Positions 63,268-64,000 of a stretch of DNA of 64,000 bases are shown one piece after another. Made by a program: the position numbers and the translations under genes. Numbering within the stretch: position 1 is the stretch's first letter; the number at the start of each line of letters is the position of its first letter. The notes beneath the pieces are model-generated. The model worked only from the letters and a program-made list of their open reading frames with translations, made no database searches and was not told the DNA's origin. The stretch is from an uncultured delta proteobacterium (lineage in GTDB: Bacteria; Desulfobacterota; Binatia; Bin18), in NCBI GenBank assembly GCA_963733195.1, contig CAVTCR010000059.1, positions 32,001-96,000 of the forward strand, given 5' to 3'.

Positions 63268-64000
63268 ATGCAAAGTAGCCAACAACGAATTCTCACCACC
63301 CATACCGGTAGTCTCCCACGGCCTCGTCCGTTACTGGACCTTCTGATCCGCCAAGAGCGCGGGGAAAATATCAACAAAGAGGAATTTAACCGTCAGATCG
63401 AGGAAGCAGTAAACGGAGTCATCGACAAACAACTCACTGCCGGGATTGATATCGGCAATGACGGCGAACAACCGCGCTCTGGGTTCGCGGGCTATGTCAC
63501 TCAGCGCATGAGAGGGTTTGGCGGCGGGGCCACGCGACCACCATGGCGCGACTTTGTCGACTTTCCCGACTTTGCCGAATTGTGGCAAAAACGCATGGCG
63601 CACCTGACGATTGCCGCTACATTTACTACACCCCAAGCTGTTGCAGAAATCGAATATACCGATCTCAGTGCTGCAACGCAGGAATGTGACCTCTTTCTCC
63701 GTTGCGCCCAGACTCGATCACAACAATTTACCGATCGGTTTATGACCGCCGTCTCGCCCGGCATGGTCGCGACCTACCTGCTCAATGCCTACTACGACTC
63801 ACATGAGAACTACGTGTTAGCCGTAGCCAAGCAACTAAAGAAGGAATACGAACTGATTCACAGCTAAAGGGTTGCTCTTGCAAATTGATGCACCGGATTT
63901 GGCCTGCGATCACGCCTGGTTTTTTCACCATCTTTCCCTGCAGGAATTTCAGAAAGTAGTGGAATCCAATGTTGCCGCGATTAACCTGGCGACGGAGAAC
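63268..64000 (+). CDS. Cobalamin-independent methionine synthase II family protein (3' truncated; indel near 63865)
   Basis: RILTTHTGSLPRP, GIDIGNDGEQ, FMTAVSPG, then LQIDAPDL in the shifted frame. Confidence 0.88.

Overview
Chromosomal window from a Gram-negative bacterium. Gene content (many cyclase-STAND-TPR paralogs, an ArsA pair, a hypothetical with a 'LWAVLE..SF.NIC..LGLDPEYLR' motif) suggests a Candidatus Binatia/deltaproteobacterium-like organism; this is inference. Frequent single-base indels split many genes, most likely long-read assembly errors. Housekeeping and metabolic content: fabH, miaB, moaB-moaD-moaE-ispH-hbd, an ethylmalonyl-CoA pathway cluster (meaB, ecm, epimerase, malyl-CoA lyase, methylsuccinyl-CoA dehydrogenase, mesaconyl-CoA hydratase), tcuAB, tamAB-like genes, a K+ channel, two M20 peptidases and two-component systems. 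Most notable: (1) three paralogous class III cyclase-STAND ATPase-TPR genes plus two orphan copies of their 3' end; TA or nuclease cassettes sit behind three of the five 3' ends, one is bracketed by a 57-bp direct repeat, and the genes carry different palindromes and microsatellites at the same four internal positions; (2) an ArsC-family gene missed at its start by the ORF track, with an in-frame UGA at the catalytic Cys and a SECIS-like hairpin (probable selenoprotein); (3) a complete sigma54 promoter (enhancer, IHF site, -24/-12) beside an NtrC-type regulator; (4) an IS5/ISL2-like element interrupting a HEPN-like remnant; (5) many nested REP-like elements and paired 7-8 nt tandem-repeat hairpins. 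No rRNA, tRNA or CRISPR array was seen.
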